A stretch of 52,063 bases of DNA, taken from assembly GCA_040752295.1 (NCBI GenBank), contig JBFMFE010000081.1, forward strand, positions 1 to 52,063, read 5' to 3'. The stretch comes from a bacterium (GTDB lineage Bacteria > UBP15 > UBA6099 > JBFMBQ01). Below the pieces are notes generated by a model, which was given only the letters and a program-made list of their open reading frames with translations, searched no databases and was not told the DNA's origin. This document shows, in pieces, positions 48,338 to 52,063 of this stretch; the first letter of the stretch is position 1; every line of letters begins with the position of its first letter. Position numbers and translations under genes: made by a program.

Positions 48338-49750
48338 TTACCTTCGGAGCAGAACGTTCAGAACATCCTGACCGATCGTGAGAACGGTCAGGATGACGAT
48401 CTTCACGTCGAACGCCAGCGACCAGTTTTCGATGTAGTACATGTCGTACCTGACCCGCTCCTCGATTGAGGTGTCGCCCCTCAGCCCGTTCACCTGCGCC
48501 CAGCCCGTCATGCCTGCTTTCACCTTGTGCCGTTCCATGTACCGGGCAATCCCCTTCTCGAACTTCTCGACGAAATGGGGGCGTTCGGGCCGCGGTCCCA
48601 CTATGCTCATCTGTCCCATCAGGACGTTGAACAATTGAGGGGTCTCGTCTAGCGACGTCGCCCGCAGGAGCCTGCCGACGCGGGTCACGCGCGGATCGTT
48701 TTCCCTCGACCACGCAGGACCGTTTTCCTCGGCGCCCTGCTCCATTGACCGGAACTTGAACATCCAGTACTCCACGCCGTCCATCCCCACCCGCTTCTGC
48801 AGATAGAACACCGGACCCCTCGAATCGAGCTTTATCAGCACGCCCACGACGACGAAAAGGGGCGCCGCAAGCACGATCAGCGCCGCCGAGACGGCAAGAT
48901 CAAAAGCGCGTTTAACGAAGGCGTTGAACCCGCGCGCCCTCAGCCTCCTGACCCGGATGAGCGGTACACCGGAAATCTCGTCGAACTTCCTCGGCCCCGC
49001 CATTAGCCCGACCAGGTCCGGCGACAGCGTGCACTCGATCCCGCGCCTGTCGCACACGTCCACCACCGCCTCCACCAGATGGTGGTGCGTCGGCTTCAGC
49101 GTCACGATCACCTCGTCCGGCTCGTAGTGCTCCACGAACTTTTCCATCTCCGCCGCCGACCCGAGGAGCGGAACCGCCGCCAGTTCCCCAGAGTGATCTT
49201 CCTCTAAATAACCGAGCACGGTGTACCCCGTCCCGGGTTTCTCGAGCACCTTTCTCACGAGCGTTTCAAAATGACCGCCCGTTCCAATGAACATGAGCTT
49301 TTTCCGCCCGTGCCCCGCGGCGAGCATCCGCCTCTCAACGGCTGTCACGAGGCACCTCGAAACGCCCAACATGAAATACGCGATCGCGAACGAATAGACT
49401 ATTACCAGCCGCGAGTACTCGTATTCCCTGTAGAAAAAAGTGGACGCCATGAGCACGAGAAGAGACACAGTGGAGCTTTTCGCGACGCCGAAAAACTCGT
49501 CAATCCCCGACCGCCCGCGCGTGTCCTTGTACGTCCCGAACGCGTAAAGAAAGTAAACGTTGAGAACCGCGAACAGGTAGGCAAGCCCCGCGTAATCCCT
49601 CCTCGGCGGCGGCGCCGCCCCAGGCGGAAGAAGACCAATCCTCATCTCGTACGCCGCCATGATAACCCAGTACGACACCACGAAATCCGCGACGAACAGA
49701 AAGAGGAAGAACAGAACCCGGAAAGACTTCGGCGACAGTCGTTGTCTCAT
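48338..49750 (-). CDS. Undecaprenyl-phosphate sugar phosphotransferase (WcaJ-like priming glycosyltransferase)
   Basis: KRAFD, KFRSM, DPRVT, SLDETPQL.NVL.G.MSIVGPRPE, G.TGWAQVNG. Confidence 0.93.
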   Translation of the reverse strand: MRQRLSPKSFRVLFFLFLFVADFVVSYWVIMAAYEMRIGLLPPGAAPPPRRDYAGLAYLFAVLNVYFLYAFGTYKDTRGRSGIDEFFGVAKSSTVSLLVLMASTFFYREYEYSRLVIVYSFAIAYFMLGVSRCLVTAVERRMLAAGHGRKKLMFIGTGGHFETLVRKVLEKPGTGYTVLGYLEEDHSGELAAVPLLGSAAEMEKFVEHYEPDEVIVTLKPTHHHLVEAVVDVCDRRGIECTLSPDLVGLMAGPRKFDEISGVPLIRVRRLRARGFNAFVKRAFDLAVSAALIVLAAPLFVVVGVLIKLDSRGPVFYLQKRVGMDGVEYWMFKFRSMEQGAEENGPAWSRENDPRVTRVGRLLRATSLDETPQLFNVLMGQMSIVGPRPERPHFVEKFEKGIARYMERHKVKAGMTGWAQVNGLRGDTSIEERVRYDMYYIENWSLAFDVKIVILTVLTIGQDVLNVLLRR

Positions 49751-49754
49751 ACTC

Positions 49755-50858
49755 TCAAATCCCCGTCTTTCCCTTCCACTCCTTCATCTTTTCCTCAACG
49801 AAATTCCCGATCTTTTCTTTAAAAACCGCCACGTCGAAACCCAACGCGTGCGCCCTGATCCTCTCCGGATCGAACCTCACGCCGTCCGCCGCCTCGACGG
49901 CGCGCATAAGCGACTCCGGCGTCTGCTCGTCGAAAAACACACCCGTCTCGCCTTCAACCACCGTCTCGAGTGCGCCGCCGGCGCGGTAGGCGATCACCGG
50001 CCGCCCGGACGCCTGAGCCTCGAGCGGCGTGATCCCGAAGTCCTCTTCCCCGGGGAAGATGAAACCCCGGCAGCGCGAGTAAAGCCCGGCTAACTCCTCG
50101 TCGGAAACAAACCCGCGGAACTCGACGTTACCTTTCGCCGGCCCCCTGAGTCTTCCCGTCTCGGGACCCGCCCCCGCGATTACCAGCCTGCGCCCCAGCC
50201 GGTTGAAAGCCTCCACCGCGAGGTCTATCCTCTTGTACCTCACCAGCCGTCCGGCGGCAAGGTAATAATCGTCCACTCCGGCGCCGGTGAAGAAGCGAGA
50301 CGCCTCCACCGGCGAATGCACCACCACCGCGTCGCGGCGGTAGTACTTCGCTATACGGTTCGCGACGTTGCGCGAGTTGGCGATGAAATAGTCCACCCTC
50401 CCAGCGGTCGCAACGTCCCATCCCCGAAGGTAGTGAAACAGCACCCTCATCGGAAACCGCAGTACGCGCCGCTGCCGCCCGACGAAATCGTGGTACATGT
50501 CCCACGCGTACCGCATAGGGGTGTGAACGAAACAAACGTGACACGTGCGCGGCGCCGTGATCACGCCCTTGGCTGCCATGTGGTGGCTGCTCAAAACAAG
50601 GTCGTAACCCGAGAGGTCGAACCCCTCGAACGCCAGCGGAAAAAACGGCATCAGCAGCCTGTGCCTGCGCGCCGCACAGGGTATCCTTTGCAGGAACGAC
50701 GTCTTTATCACGCGCCCCGGAAACCTGCTCCCCATCGCCCCGCGGTCGTAGAGAGCGGTATATATCGGGGCGTCCGGGTAGATTTCGGCGAACTTCTGAA
50801 CCACAAGGTCCGATCCCCCCCACGTCACCAGAAACTCGTGGACGAGCGCCACCCTCAT
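49755..50858 (-). CDS. GT4 family glycosyltransferase
   Basis: RVALVHEFL..GG, HTPMRYAW, EDFGITPLEAQASG. Confidence 0.92.
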   Translation of the reverse strand: MRVALVHEFLVTWGGSDLVVQKFAEIYPDAPIYTALYDRGAMGSRFPGRVIKTSFLQRIPCAARRHRLLMPFFPLAFEGFDLSGYDLVLSSHHMAAKGVITAPRTCHVCFVHTPMRYAWDMYHDFVGRQRRVLRFPMRVLFHYLRGWDVATAGRVDYFIANSRNVANRIAKYYRRDAVVVHSPVEASRFFTGAGVDDYYLAAGRLVRYKRIDLAVEAFNRLGRRLVIAGAGPETGRLRGPAKGNVEFRGFVSDEELAGLYSRCRGFIFPGEEDFGITPLEAQASGRPVIAYRAGGALETVVEGETGVFFDEQTPESLMRAVEAADGVRFDPERIRAHALGFDVAVFKEKIGNFVEEKMKEWKGKTGI

Positions 50859-52063
50859 CTCAACACCTCGTCGAGCGCCGACTCAACCCCGTCAACGTGG
50901 TTCTTCATGGAAAACTGCGTCAGAACCCGCTTCCTCCCGTTCTCCCCGAACTGCGCCGCCGTCGTCCGGTCAATCACAAGCCGCCCGATCGCACGCGCCA
51001 GCTCCACGGAGCTCCCGGGCGCAACCAGCAGTCCCGTGCAGTCGTCCAGAACGATCTCCGACGGACCCCCGAGACGCGACGCCACCACCGGCTTCCCAAG
51101 CGCCATCGCCTCGATTATCCCCCGCCCGAACGGCTCTTCCTTCACCGTAGGATGTACGTATACGTCGTACGCCTGCATGACGTCGTATATGTCCTTGCGG
51201 AAACCCGTGAAGACAACGCGCCGGGCGATTTTCGCCTCCCTCGCCGATATCTCCAGCCGCTCCGGAAAACCGCCGTCCCCGTAAATCGGGCTGCCGGCGA
51301 TCACAAAATACACGTTCTCAAAATCCTTCACAAGCATCCCCGCCGCCTTCAGAAACACCTCGTGCCCCTTCCACCTCTGCACGCGCCCCGCCATCCCTAT
51401 CACGACCGCGTCTCCCGGAATCCCCAGTTCCTCCCGCACCTCCCCAGCGTCCCTCGCCGCCCTGACGGACTCCGGGTCAATCCCGTTGTAAATCACCCGC
51501 ACCCGCCTGCTCCTCACAAGAAACGATGCCGTCGTCTTCGAGTTCGCGATCACCACCGGTCTGAACGCAGCCTGAAGCGCTTTCACCATGACCCGCTCCG
51601 GAAACCAGAAAAGCGCGTCCCTGAAATGCCACACCACCGGCAGGCGCGCCTCCCGCCCCGCCAGCACCCCGATCACGTGCGCCTTAAGCGAGTTCGTGTA
51701 AATTAACTCGTGCCCCCCGTCAATCGCGTGCCGCGCCACAAGCCCGGCGGCGGCTGCCGCCTGAACGCACTTGACCCCCAGATACGGCGCCCGCCGCAAA
51801 GAGAACAGCCCCTCCCTCTCCGTCCTCACGAAATCCTCCGCAACATCCAGCACCCTCGCTTCCACCCCGAGCCTTCTCACCTCGTCCAGAAGCGGTCCCT
51901 CGCAAAGGCAGAGCACCGACGGCTCGAACCGCTCCCGGTTGATCCGCCCCAGCAGGTCCAGAAGGCTCATCTCCGCGCCGCCGTGCTCGGCGGCGTGAAT
52001 GAAAAAAAGCACCTTCCGTGCTTTGAACGGTTGTGGAGCGCCCTCGTCCATAAAGTTGATCAT
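50855..52063 (-). CDS. GT4 family glycosyltransferase (ORF reaches the window edge)
   Basis: GGAE.SLL, GRVQRWKG, EPFGRGIIEAMALG. Confidence 0.9.
   Translation of the reverse strand: MINFMDEGAPQPFKARKVLFFIHAAEHGGAEMSLLDLLGRINRERFEPSVLCLCEGPLLDEVRRLGVEARVLDVAEDFVRTEREGLFSLRRAPYLGVKCVQAAAAAGLVARHAIDGGHELIYTNSLKAHVIGVLAGREARLPVVWHFRDALFWFPERVMVKALQAAFRPVVIANSKTTASFLVRSRRVRVIYNGIDPESVRAARDAGEVREELGIPGDAVVIGMAGRVQRWKGHEVFLKAAGMLVKDFENVYFVIAGSPIYGDGGFPERLEISAREAKIARRVVFTGFRKDIYDVMQAYDVYVHPTVKEEPFGRGIIEAMALGKPVVASRLGGPSEIVLDDCTGLLVAPGSSVELARAIGRLVIDRTTAAQFGENGRKRVLTQFSMKNHVDGVESALDEVLR

Overview
A GC-rich bacterial chromosome segment spanning the replication-origin gene cluster. From left to right it holds: a type II-like restriction-modification pair (MjaI-family endonuclease plus a beta-class methyltransferase fused to a degenerate SNase domain); a 2746-aa secreted Cys-rich/FN3 protein; larE-larB; fliW-csrA-flagellin; a pilMNOPQ operon with a very long secretin; a TPR protein and CooT; serS; two tandem parB genes with parS sites but no parA; rsmG-mnmG-mnmE-jag-yidC-yidD-rnpA-rpmH; dnaA-(oriC candidate)-dnaN-dciA; a tiny MerR/BldC-like HTH gene heading gyrB-gyrA; lepA-murJ, rpsT and comEC; and the 3' end of a polysaccharide glycosyltransferase cluster. 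Firmicute-like gene order combined with an outer-membrane secretin suggests a diderm Terrabacteria lineage (inference). I recognised no rRNA, tRNA, CRISPR array or transposase. The best leads are the giant FN3/Cys protein, the HTH gene with a tandem-repeat operator in front of gyrase, the ParB pair lacking ParA, the MTase-SNase fusion, and the GGA-rich flagellin leader. All calls come from reading motifs by eye; no searches were run.
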